From Hormiphora californensis (taxonomy: Eukaryota; Animalia; Ctenophora), in assembly GCA_020137815.1 (NCBI GenBank), contig CM035356.1:3100001-3164000 (forward strand): a stretch of DNA of 64,000 nucleotides, written 5' to 3'. A model generated the notes under the pieces. That model worked only from the letters and a program-made list of their open reading frames with translations. It did not search any database and was not told the origin of the DNA. The position numbers and the translations under genes were made by a program. This document shows, piece by piece, positions 12,901 through 24,421 of the stretch; positions within the stretch are counted from its first letter, which is position 1; every line of letters begins with the position of its first letter.

Positions 12901-13822
12901 GGGTTAGGAGGGGTCAGGCGCAGAACAATAGGTTATGAGTTAGGGAATAAGAGGGGGTCAGAGGAGAGAGCGGGTTAGGGGTAGGAGTTTAGCAGTCCAT
13001 GATAGATGGTAGCTCTTGAACCTATGGGAAACGGAAGAAAGAGGGGGAAAAGGGGGAGAACAAGGGGTTTGCTTGGGAAAAAAATTGGGGGGGAATTAAA
13101 AAATTTGTCAAAATTGGGGTTTACAAAAATTTTATTAATTTTCCCCTTTGCAGTGAATATATCCGGGGAAGAAAGAAAGGAAAAAACACAGATACCAATT
13201 TCGCACCCACCCCGGGGCCCCAAATACTACTTGGGCGATAGAATGAGAGTAGAGAAAACAGAGGGTGGAGAACGGGAAGGAAAGGGTAGGTGAGGGATAT
13301 GGTTTGCTATTATGAAGTGGGTTAAGAATGGCAGAGTTCAAGTACGATAACAGCGTTGACAAGTGGAAACAGCACGGGGTAATTTGAAAACTTTGACAAA
13401 GTTGGGGTCAAAATCAATATTGTTATATTGTATGAAATTGCAGTGAATTATTCTGGATAATATTTACTGTAATTTAAAAAGATACATCGTTGTCACACTG
13501 ACACAGGTTTTCTATATAACTCTGGGATTGATAATGAGAGAGGAACAAGAGTGGAGAGAAATTGAGGAAATGAGGAGAGGAAGAGAGGGGTGTTACTCGA
13601 AGCAGTTCCAGAACGAACAGAGAACCAGCGACGAGTATTGAGACAGTACGAGGAGCTACTAGAGGAGAGAGCGAGGAGAGACGCTGCAGTTAGGAGAATC
13701 GATAGAGTAACAGAGGGAAGAAACAGAGGAAGATGACTGGAAAGGTGGGAAGAAGTGATGGGTTGATGGAAACTGAGCGAGAGGAAGAGAGAGAGAGAGA
13801 GAGGGGAACTGAGAGGGAGGAA

Positions 13823-13899
<77 letters not shown>

Positions 13900-15522
13900 G
13901 AGAGAGAAAGAGAGAGAGAGAGAGAGTGAGAGAGAGAAAGAGAGAGAAGACTATTGAGAGAGTGAGAAATGAGATGAGTAGTAGTGAATATTTAATGAGC
14001 TGGAGCAGTAACATTGCTCATCAACACGTCACTAGATCTAGATGCATGATGAGACACATTAACACCATCCCATTAACAATCTCTCACCCTCATACCACAT
14101 TTACCTCTACATTTCCATTGTGGAATGGTTTGAAAGTTCCCGCCCCATGGTGTCACGTGTGTTGTATCATGTGATACAAACTGGATTCAGAGAGAGAGAG
14201 AGAGAGAAAGGGGGAGAGAGAGAAATGTGAGGAGCGCCAGATTTAATATAATGTGGTTACTTCGCCACCTGATGTGCTATAATGTAGAAACAAGTGTGGA
14301 GCATGCAACGGTGCTCGTTTCAAAAAGTTTCCCGCCTCCCACTATGGATATTCTATTTATAGACAACAATCCCTCAGCTAGCCCTGCCACAGGAACAGAC
14401 CGAAACAAGTAAACAACCAATCAGAACTCGTTATTTAGGTCACGTGACTAGTTATCAGCCAATCAGGGACCAGTATTTCCTGATTCGGTCGGTTCCTGCC
14501 TGCCAGTAAAACTTACGGAGACATAAAGTTGGGTGTTCCGCACATTGTCTTGTGGCTGTCCTGGGGACCTGTCAACCTCTTGGCCAAGCCGAAATCTGAT
14601 AGTTTCTGAAAGGGTTGATAAGAAATAAAATAATGAAGGAGACTGAATGATAAATTAGGAGATAAAAATGTGGACCCCCTCCCCAATTTGGAATCAAAAA
14701 GCCCATTACAAATCATTCGATTTTAGGGGAGGCACATGTGTTTGCACGTGTCGGATGAAAGGAAATTAGCCGGTTTGAGCATCTGTTATCTTTCACCCCT
14801 CCCCGATCTCTCTTTCTCTCCCTGGGCTGAGCGCCCCTTTATTTCCCACACCCTGGTCCCTGCTCTCTCTCGCTAAACCCCCTTCATTCCCACATGATTG
14901 GAATGACTCCATATAAAGAGCGGGCAGATGGTTATATCAAATGAGTTCTTATCACTCCCCTCATTAGACGTATAATGAGTAACAGTTGGGGGGACACTGA
15001 GAGTTGTGAATACAGAGAGAGGAACGAGGAATCACTCATTATTATACACAGAGAACGGCATTCATTCAGGGGCATTGGGTGTTATAAGAGTTATCTGGAA
15101 CTAGAGGTTTACACTGTGGCATTCAGATTAATTCTATGGGTTCAGGGGCATTGGTTGTGAAGAGTAGTTTATGTTTACTGTGACCACAATGGGGGGTGTA
15201 CTAGCATTGTTCACTTGTACACATATACCAACAGTCACAGCAAACCACCCCTTTATTCAAGAGCTGTTTACAGGTTTACCTTTTTTTGGGTAAATAACCG
15301 GCATGGCAACCGCTCACATTTACTGCTAAGTGCAGAATTTAGTGTGCAACCGCCATGCTTTTACTAACAGAAATCTCCCTCTCTCTCCCCTCTCTATCTA
15401 TCTCTAGCCCTCCCCCACTCTCTCTATTTTCCTCATTTTCCTCATGATGTGAGATGTCCGGTGAAGCATGCTTGTAACGTACCTAACAACTTTGGTAACA
15501 TGTGAAACAGAGAGAGAGAAAA

Positions 15523-15566
<44 letters not shown>

Positions 15567-18500
15567 TGCGTGTAATTTGCATACAAGCTGTATTGAAGGT
15601 GCTTTGCCCCAACACGTTCAGACACTACTGCTAGCGAGAAATCGTTGCTTCACAAGCACCAACAGCAACAGCCACCCAGCCGGCAATTTTGCATTTGCGG
15701 GCATCGCACTATAGACGCAGTACCCACGTACTATAGACGCATTATAAACGCATTATAGACGCATTATAGACGCATTATAGACACACGCAATATAGACGCA
15801 ATTTCGTAAGCAGCACTATAGACGCAATATAGACGCATTATAACAGCAATATAAACGCATTTTTATAGACGCGACGCAGTATAGCCGCATTATAGGCGCA
15901 GTACCCACCCCAAAATCACCTTATAGACGCACTATAGACGCATTATAGACTGACTATAGCAGCACCATAAACGCTACATAGACCCATATAGACGCATGAT
16001 AGAAGCATTATAGACGCACATCGCTTTTTATAGACGCCGCGTCTATAAAAAACGTGCTTTTTTAAGAAGCACTACAGACGTACTCCAGGCTACAGTGCGA
16101 TATTTGAGGCGCAGTTGGGCGTTTTATAAACGCATTTTTGTCGCATATAAAAGGAATCAGTATAGACGCATTATAGACGCAGTATAGCCGCATGTGTGCG
16201 AAATGGATAAAGACACAATATAGACGCAAAATAAGAAGGAGAGGGAGAGAGAGGGAGGGAGGGAGGGAGGTGAGCGGAGGAGAGGGAAAGGGGGAGGGAG
16301 GGAGGGATACAGGGACAGAGTGAGAGACAGACGGATAAAGACCTGAGACAGACGGACAGAGTAAGATGGAGAGATAGTAAGATGGAGAGAGAGTGAGATA
16401 GGGACGGAGTGAGACAGAAAAAGACAGAGATGGAAACAAACGGACAGGGACAGACAGACGGACGGACATACACACGCTTACTATGTCCCTCTCTCTCTAT
16501 CTTATTCTCTCTCCCTCTTACTCTGTCCGTCTGTCTTAGATCTTTGTCCATCTGTCTAGTGTCTCTGTCTGATCTGTCTCTGCATCCCTCCCTCTCTCCA
16601 TCTTTCCCTCTCCTTCCCTCTCCCTCCCTCCCTCTCTCCATCTATCTCTGTCTGATCTGTCTCTGTATCCCTCCCTCTCTCCCTCTTTCCCTCTCCTTCC
16701 CTCTTCCTCCCTCCCTTTTGCGTCTATATTGCGTCTTTATATCGATTTCGCACGCATGCGGCTATAATGCGTCTATAATGCGTCTATACTGCTTCTTTTT
16801 ATATGCAACAAAAATGCGTTTATAGTTCGCCCAACTGCGCCTCAAATATGGCAGCATGCGTCTGAGTACGTCTATAGTGCTTCTTAAAAAAGCACGTTTT
16901 TTATAGACGCGGCGTCTATAAAAAGCGATTTGCGTCTATAATGCTTCTATCATGCGTCTATATGGGTCTATGTAGCGTTTATGGTGCTGCTATAGTCAGT
17001 CTATAATGCATCTATAGTGCGTCTATAAAGTGATTTTGGGGTGGGTAGTGCGCCTATAATGCGGCTATACTGCGTCGCGTCTATAAAAATGCGTTTATAT
17101 TGCTGTTATAATGCGTCTATATTGCGTCTAAAGTGCTGCTTACGAAATTGAGTCTATATTGCGTGTGTCTATAATGCGTCTATAATGCGTTTATAATGCG
17201 TTTATAATGCGTCTATAGTACGTGGGTACTGCGTCTATAGTGCGATGCCCGCAAATGCAAAATTGCCCACCCAGCCAATGGAAGACTAGAACGGAGGTCA
17301 CGTGACCTAGGAGGACCAATGGGATTGGAAAATTGAGGTAACGCGATCACAGACGGTTAGACGTGCAGCAGCTAGGAATCAACTGGAATGTGCACTATGA
17401 GTGATCAGCACTAATAAGAATGAATTAGGAAGTATAATAATGTTACATATATAATGTCAACTAATTGCAACTTCCACACATCGGAGCGTGCGACAAACTT
17501 TTCTGAGGACCTATCTTAGCATCTGAGGACCTATCTTAGCATCCTAGCAGTGGAAATGTAAACCTTTGGGCTGCAGCCCCCTCCCAATTATTATTATTTC
17601 AATAAAATGCACTCCAATTTATAGTATTATTATATTTCAATTTCAAGCTTGTTGCAACAGCACAACATGTTGTGTGAGCCAATCTCTCCCCCCTCCTCCA
17701 TTTACAATTGAGGCAACTGTTGCCCCCTCCAACTGTGTATATTTATCTCAATATATTGCCGTCCCCCCTCCCTCTCTCTCTCTCCCTCCCTCGGCCCCTC
17801 CTTTCTCTCTCTCTGTCCCCTCTCTCTCTCCGCCCCTCCTCTCTCTCTCTATCCTCGTTCTAACAGTAAACTATTACTACTACTAAACTTGGAACAGGTG
17901 CGAGACAAGTACTAGAACAATGACGCGTCCCTGGAGACTTATTTACACAATCATAGTATACAAATACCACGTAGTTAGCACAACGAAGCAACCGTTGGAG
18001 TACTATGTTGAGGTACACCGTTGGAGTACTATGTTTTCAACTGATTGTTGAAGAGCGGGTGCTGTTTGATATATATTGCAGTACAACCATATTTGCTGTA
18101 TTATGTTTGTCCCGGCCAATTTTTATCTTTTAACAACATAATATACCCCCTAGACTTATGAAAATGAAATTCATCGTTATTGTGGCATTGGCCATAATGG
18201 CCATTACTGCTGAGGAGCACCCCCATGGACACCACCATCACCATGGAGTTGAAGAGCGCCCCCATGGACCCCACCACCACCACCACCGCCGTCATGGAGT
18301 TGAAGAGCACCCCCACCACCACCACCATCATGGAGTTGAAGAGCACCCCCACCACCACCACCACCATGGAGTTGAAGAGCGCCCCCATGGACCCCACCAC
18401 CGCCACCACCGCCGTCATGGAGTTGAAGAGCGCCCCCATGGACCCCACCACCACCACCACCACCGCCGTCATGGAGTTGAAGAGCACCCCCACCACCACC

Positions 18501-20516
18501 ACCATCATGGAGTTGAAGAGCGCCCCCATGGACCCCACCACCGCCACCACCGCCGTCATGGAGTTGAAGAGCACCCCCATGGACACCACCACCACCATGG
18601 AGTTGAAGAGCGCCCCCATGGACCCCACCACCACCACCACCGCCGTCATGGAGTTGAAGAGCACCCCCACCACCACCACCATCATGGAGTTGAAGAGCAC
18701 CCCCACCACCACCACCACCATGGAGTTGAAGAGCGCCCCCATGGACCCCACCACCGCCACCACCGCCGTCATGGAGTTGAAGAGCGCCCCCATGGACCCC
18801 ACCACCACCACCACCACCGCCGTCATGGAGTTGAAGAGCACCCCCACCACCACCACCATCATGGAGTTGAAGAGCGCCCCCATGGACCCCACCACCGCCA
18901 CCACCGCCGTCATGGAGTTGAAGAGCACCCCCATGACCACCACCACCGTCATGGAGTTGAAGAGCGCCCCCATGGACCCCACCACCGCCACCACCGCCGT
19001 CATGGAGTTGAAGAGCACCCCCACCACCACCACCGTCATGGAGTTGAAGAGCGCCCCCATGGACCCCACCACCGCCACCACCGCCGTCATGGAGTTGAAG
19101 AGCACCCCCACCACCACCACCGTCATGGAGTTGAAGAGCGCCCCCATGGACCCCACCACCGCCACCACCGCCGTCATGGAGTTGAAGAGCACCCCCACCA
19201 CCACCACCGTCATGGAGTTGAAGAGCGCCCCCATGGACCCCACCACCGCCACCACCGCCGTCATGGAGTTGAAGAGCGCCCCCATGGACCCCACCACCGC
19301 CACCACCGCCGTCATGGAGTTGAAGAGCGCCCCCATGGACCCCACCACCGCCACCACCGCCGTCATGGAGTTGAAGAGCACCCCCACCACCACCATCATC
19401 ATGGAGTTGAAGAGCGCCCCCATGGACCCCACCACCGCCACCACCGCCGTCATGGAGTTGAAGAGCACCCCCACCACCACCACCGTCATGGAGTTGAAGA
19501 GCGCCCCCATGGACCCCACCACCGCCACCACCACCGTCATGGAGTTGAGGAGCGCCCCCATGGACCCCACCACCGCCACCACCGCCGTCATGGAGTTGAA
19601 GAGCACCCCCACCACCACCACCGTCATGGAGTTGAAGAGCGCCCCCATGGACCCCACCACCGCCACCACCGCCGTCATGGAGTTGAGGAGCGCCCCCATG
19701 GACCCCACCCCCACCACCACCGCCGTCATGGAGTTGAAGAGCGCCCCCATGGACCCCACCACCGCCACCACCGCCGTCATGGAGTTGAAGAGCGCCCCCA
19801 TGGACCCCACCACCGCCACCACCGCCGTCATGGAGTTGAAGAGCACCCCCACCACCACCACCACCACCACCGTCATGGAGTTGAAGAGCGCCCCCATGGA
19901 CCCCACCACCGCCACCACCGCCGTCATGGAGTTGAAGAGCACCCCCACCACCACCACCGTCATGGAGTTGAAGAGCGCCCCCATGGACCCCACCACCGCC
20001 ACCACCGCCGTCATGGAGTTGAAGAGCACCCCCACCACCACCACCGTCATGGAGTTGAAGAGCGCCCCCATGGACCCCACCACCGCCACCACCGCCATCA
20101 TGGAGTTGAGGAGCGCCCCCATGGACCCCACCACCGCCACCACCGCCGTCATGGAGTTGAGTAACTTACCCCAAACAATATACAAACGAACCGGAACAGT
20201 AGTACGAAAGAATTCTTTTACATTCTTCTAATATTACGAGCATTTAAATAACTGAGTTATTCATTATCATACTTTGAAACAAATAATCACAGCTTCATCA
20301 TTCAGCTAGATTAATCACTGGAATATGACAAACGCAAAGGTCGCCATCATCCAGACCCACCCTCTTCAAGTTTCTTGGATGGTTTTTATCGGACAATCAT
20401 GATGTACCCCCCCCCCCCCCTCTCCCCCACTCTCTCTATTTTCCTCATTTTCCTCATGATGTGAGATGTCCGGTGAAGCATGCTTGTAACGTACCTAACA
20501 ACTTTGGTAACATGTG

Positions 20517-20598
<82 letters not shown>

Positions 20599-23431
20599 CG
20601 TGTATTTTGCATACAAGCTGTATTGAAGGTGCTTTGCCCCAACACGTTCAGACACTACTGCTAGCGAGAAATCGTTGCTTCACAAGCACCAAGAGCAACA
20701 GGCACCCAGCCAATGGAAGACTAGAACGGAGGTCACGTGACCTAGGAGGACCAATGGGAATGGAAAATTGAGGTAACGTGACCACAGACGGTTAGACGTG
20801 CAGCAGCTAGGAATCAGCTGGAATGTGCACTATGAGTGACCATCACTAATAGGAATGAATTAGGAAGTATATTTATTAGTTGTGAAAACTTCTCATGGTG
20901 TTAATCATGTTAATTGATCATTGGACGAAATATCATGGTTGTTATCAACTGAAAATACAGTAATCTGTTCTCACCAGACTGCAAAGATTTTAACCCGGCT
21001 AATGAATGAGATGAGGGTGTATGTAATCTCATTCATTGAGTATGATAAACACCGTGCCTATATGTTAGTGCGGGGAGGACTCAAAAAAACACCGTGCCGG
21101 GTATTGGATCTTACAATGCTACATTGGACACGTGAGTGATGTTTATAGTACATAACGTTCTGCACGCAGTGCAAGCGCGCCATATACGCTCTGCACTGCA
21201 GAGCGTATATGGAGGTGAAATGCACGACAGCGAAGCTGGAGTGCATTTCACACCTATATTGCACGAGTGAAACGAGTGCGATATAGGAACGCTTGCACAT
21301 GCCGTGCAGGACGTTATTGAGTATATATTCCGCGAGAAAGCACATGACAAGCAAAACAATCATAATTTTGGGTGATTACACACAGAGAGATGTGACAAAA
21401 CAAGGTACAAACTAAGCAAAAACACACAAAAAGATACTAAGAGACACTACTACACCGGATACACACAAGGGAGACAAGGTATGATAGTTTAAAACAGTGA
21501 AAAGAAGAGAGAGATAAAGAGAGAGATGCGAGAGAGGGAGATTGGAATTCTTGGAAATAGCAAACAACAAAACGTGATAAGGGGATAATTAGTGAGAGAA
21601 AGAGGGAGAGTGAGTGTAATTTGACAGACTATGTGTCGTGTAGTACCTTGTCAGTCATATTCTGTGTGTTTGTGTGTGAATAAGGTGTAAAAACACTTTT
21701 CTCACTTATATCCCGCTGCCTCTATATCTGCACGCTCCCGCGGAAGCACAGTGCATATTTCAGCGTGCAAATGGTCGCGCACAGCGGGAGTGATATGTGC
21801 ACTCGCGGTATATATATTAACTTCTCTCTTTCTCTAACTTAAATCTTATCCAGTCACTTACTTCACTCAGAAACTATTCTACCCCTTCTCCCCAACCAAG
21901 ACGAACGTGCAAGGGAGGCCGTGACTGTCAAATCTCATCTTCATTCTTCGGTACGCAGTTCTAAAGTCTAAAACACCCTCAAACATCTCTTGAAATACAC
22001 ACTTACCAATCGCATGTCTTTAGTGAGGAGAAGGTTCTTAACGGAGATGTCCCTGTGAACTATGTTCTGGGAGTGAAGGTGGACCACCGCATCCACTAAC
22101 TGGACAAACAACTCTCGTGCTGAGGGGGGAAGATGGGGTTAGACCAACTGGACAAACAATTCTCGTGCTGAGAGGGGAAGATGGGGTTAGAGAATAGAGG
22201 GAGGATGGGGTTAGAGAATAGAGGGAAGATGGGGTTAGAGAATCCCTAGAGAATAGAGGGAAGATGGGGTTAGAGAATAGAGGGAAGATGGGGTTAGAGA
22301 ATAGAGGGAAGATGTGGTTAGAGAATAGAGGGAAGATGGGTTTAGAGAATAGAGGGAAGATGTGGTTAGAGAATAGAGATGGGGTTAGAGAATAGAGGGA
22401 AGATGGGGTTAGAGAATAGAGGGAAGATGTGGTTAGAGAATAGAGGGGAGATGGGGTTAGAGAATAGAGATAGATCAGGGGATAATGGGGTTAGAGAATA
22501 GATCAGAGGGAATATATATAATGGGGTTAATATTTAATAATAATAATGGGGGTGAGATTGTGGTAGAAAGAGAGTAAAGGTGGGGTTATGGAGAGGGATT
22601 ATATGGTTTCTTGAAGGTTAGAAGCTGGTGGTAATGGTATCAGTGGTGTCTATACTCTATAATATATAATATACAGCCACAGTTCTGGAAGAATGATAGA
22701 GAGACGATCACTTGTGGATGTTATACAGATATCAGGGTCTGGTAGTGGGTCTTTTTAATAAAGGGAGAGAGTGTGGTGTCATGTCACTTTTATTTGACAG
22801 CATAATGAGCTAAAAAGAGAGAGGTAGAGAGAGAAAGAGAGAGAGAGGTTCAGGGAGTACGGGGGAGTACGCCAGTATCATCTGGAAATCCAATACGAAA
22901 ATTCTGGGCGTATTTTTGTGAACATTTCATAGTTGGGATGGTGGGCAAAGTCCTCACGATGTTTTCACATAGGACATGGATATAAACGTACCTTCATTTT
23001 CTGGAAGTGGTTTTCCTCTCTTTTTCAAAAAGTGGTCAATGTCACCATTGCTACACAACTCCAAGACAAGGTAGATAAAGTTCAAATCTTCAAACCATTC
23101 GTACATCTGGGAGGTACAATATGTATTGGAATCTTAAACTCAAAGGCAGCAAAGTATGATATTTAACTACTTTATGATTGCCCGCAAACATCCCTGCCAA
23201 TTGTCATTCCTTTCATACCTTTGCAATACTGTAATAGTCCATACTCTTGTGAATGTCAATCTCATTGCACACTTTTCTATACAACTCAGGTTTTAGTTTC
23301 CTCTTATCGAGTACTTTCAGCGCCACAACCTCTCCGTCGGACACTCTCCGAGCCTCGTAAACCTCCCCAAAGCCACCCCTTCCGATCTTCCGGAGGAGAG
23401 AAAAGTCCTTCAGTTTTGATCCTTGGCTCAT
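5995..23431 (-). CDS. PLK4: Polo-like kinase 4 (SAK), multi-exon
   Basis: Kinase exons at ~23431-23219 (GRGGFGEVY, VALK), ~23105-22992, ~22119-22007 (HRDIS), ~14606-14518 (DFGLAK, CGTPNFMSP) and ~12885-12702. Degron DSGHGT in exon 8919-8777. Cryptic polo-box exons (IELLENG...FRVSKDG; KSSTPKITL...MENTP; VRFKDG). Stop at 5995. The subdomain IX exon was not found. Confidence 0.9.
9150..12400. other. Purine-rich low-complexity intronic tract with inflated homopolymers (probably low-accuracy consensus of GA/GGAGA repeats)
   Basis: Runs of G/A/C/T far above flanking levels, and only low-complexity ORFs. Confidence 0.7.
14390..14498. mobile_element. 109-bp MITE (15-bp TIR, 7-bp TSD CCTGCCA) carrying two CCAAT boxes and CACGTG
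   Basis: cctgcca|CAGGAACAGACCGAA...TTCGGTCGGTTCCTG|cctgcca. Confidence 0.75.
15410..17436 (+). repeat. Direct repeat copy 1 (~430 bp once the foldback insert is removed)
   Basis: Near-identical to 20422-20871, from ctcccccactctctctattttcc to gaattaggaagtata. Confidence 0.9.
15682..17267. mobile_element. Non-autonomous foldback/Mutator-like DNA transposon, ~550-bp TIRs built of TATAGACGCA subrepeats, 9-bp TSD CACCCAGCC
   Basis: cacccagcc|GGCAATTTTGCATTTGCGGG...CCCGCAAATGCAAAATTGCC|cacccagcc. The empty site is at 20703-20711. Confidence 0.92.
18158..20164 (+). CDS. Secreted histidine-rich tandem-repeat protein (668 aa), nested antisense in a PLK4 intron
   Basis: ATG and hydrophobic signal peptide (MKMKFIVIVALAIMAITA) lie in unique sequence, in frame with HGVEERPHGPHHRHHRR / HGVEEHPHHHHH repeats. 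Repeat length variation is in whole codons. TATA-like TATATAT at ~18070. Confidence 0.8.
   Translation: MKMKFIVIVALAIMAITAEEHPHGHHHHHGVEERPHGPHHHHHRRHGVEEHPHHHHHHGVEEHPHHHHHHGVEERPHGPHHRHHRRHGVEERPHGPHHHHHHRRHGVEEHPHHHHHHGVEERPHGPHHRHHRRHGVEEHPHGHHHHHGVEERPHGPHHHHHRRHGVEEHPHHHHHHGVEEHPHHHHHHGVEERPHGPHHRHHRRHGVEERPHGPHHHHHHRRHGVEEHPHHHHHHGVEERPHGPHHRHHRRHGVEEHPHDHHHRHGVEERPHGPHHRHHRRHGVEEHPHHHHRHGVEERPHGPHHRHHRRHGVEEHPHHHHRHGVEERPHGPHHRHHRRHGVEEHPHHHHRHGVEERPHGPHHRHHRRHGVEERPHGPHHRHHRRHGVEERPHGPHHRHHRRHGVEEHPHHHHHHGVEERPHGPHHRHHRRHGVEEHPHHHHRHGVEERPHGPHHRHHHRHGVEERPHGPHHRHHRRHGVEEHPHHHHRHGVEERPHGPHHRHHRRHGVEERPHGPHPHHHRRHGVEERPHGPHHRHHRRHGVEERPHGPHHRHHRRHGVEEHPHHHHHHHRHGVEERPHGPHHRHHRRHGVEEHPHHHHRHGVEERPHGPHHRHHRRHGVEEHPHHHHRHGVEERPHGPHHRHHRHHGVEERPHGPHHRHHRRHGVE
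20422..20871 (+). repeat. Direct repeat copy 2 (450 bp, includes an (AG)n tract, CCAAT and CACGTG)
   Basis: Matches 15410-15681 joined to 17277-17436. Confidence 0.9.
22125..22505. repeat. 22-bp minisatellite (AGAATAGAGGGAAGATGGGGTT)n next to a PLK4 splice acceptor
   Basis: About 15 visible copies. The first units duplicate the exon boundary. Confidence 0.85.
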
Positions 23432-24120
23432 TTCAGTTTATCATGAGCTAAAGCAGTCGTGAGTTACTAGCAGCAGACTCCCCCTTAGGAAAATTCTAGA
23501 GCTCTCCCTTTAAAAAAATTCAAACAGCTGGAATTTGACGTCGTTCAGTCGCACAGAAACAAACAGTCGATCATGGATCAATCATTGTATTGACCAACTT
23601 AAGAGTATTATTGATCAAGATGAAGAAGCATAATTGTGGTCTGTGTGTTAGGCGAATGGTCAGCAACGGTTTGGGAGCCCAGTAGCGAGGCAGCTGAACA
23701 AATATTCTTTAAAAAAGCAAAATACTGCACAACAAATTGCATCTCCTGAAAACAAAAATTCCCCCGGTACGGGGTTCTAGATACGAACAAAACTAGGAGA
23801 CAAAAAATCAAGCACCGCTGAGGCCTGAAAATTTGTTTTTAAAAAAGCAACGCGCGGTTTTCTCAACATTTCAGATTTTGAATTTTTAAAGATACGCGCG
23901 CGCAATATTTACTCTAAGCCCCGCGCGCAGATGCTCGCATCGTACTCTTCAAATATTCGCCGGTGCGTAATAAACAGTTTTTACTGGCGTTAATAATAAA
24001 ACAAAATTCATCAATTGCTCAAAGTCAAAGATTAAGATACATATTATAAATATTTATTATATCAAGATCTGACCGGGCCTACGGTCTGATTTGATTCACA
24101 TTGTGAGAGTCGACACAGTT

Positions 24121-24369
24121 TGGGACTGGGACTGGGACTGGGACTGGGACTGGGACTGAACTAGACTGGGACTGAAACTGGGGACTGGAACTAGGACTGG
24201 AACTGGGACTGGAACTGGGACTGGAACTGGGACTGGGACTGGGACTGGGACTGGGACTGGGACTGGGACTGGGACTGGGACTGGGACTGGGACTGGGACT
24301 GGGACTGGGACTGGGACTGGGACTGGGACTGGGACTGGGACTGGGACTGGGACTGGGACTGGGACTGGG
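24121..24369. repeat. (GGGACT)n hexanucleotide microsatellite
   Basis: About 40 copies, ~50 bp past the stop codon of the CNBD2-like gene. Confidence 0.95.
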
Positions 24370-24421
24370 CATGTCAAATATTATAAATATATCTTCATTT
24401 CCAATTCCATGGCAACCAAAA

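Noticed and set aside
13760-13945. (AG)n tracts giving RERE/LSLS ORFs (also near 15.5, 20.5, 27.9, 33.0, 38.1 and 40.3 kb)
   Set aside because: Dinucleotide microsatellites.
18101-20231. Two other long ORFs over the His repeat (Thr/Met mucin-like 18225-20231 +; Val-rich 18101-20185 -)
   Set aside because: They are shadow frames of a stop-free repeat. The Thr/Met frame starts inside the repeat, and only the His frame has a signal peptide in unique sequence.
15410-20871. Direct repeats as LTRs of an LTR retrotransposon
   Set aside because: No TG...CA termini, PBS/PPT, TSD or gag/pol remnants seen. Kept only as a generic direct-repeat cassette.
22125-24369. GGGTTAG- and GGGACT-containing arrays as telomeric repeats, and the Pro-Ser/Pro-Val ORFs
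   Set aside because: Not (TTAGGG)n, located internally, and the ORFs are simple repeat translations.
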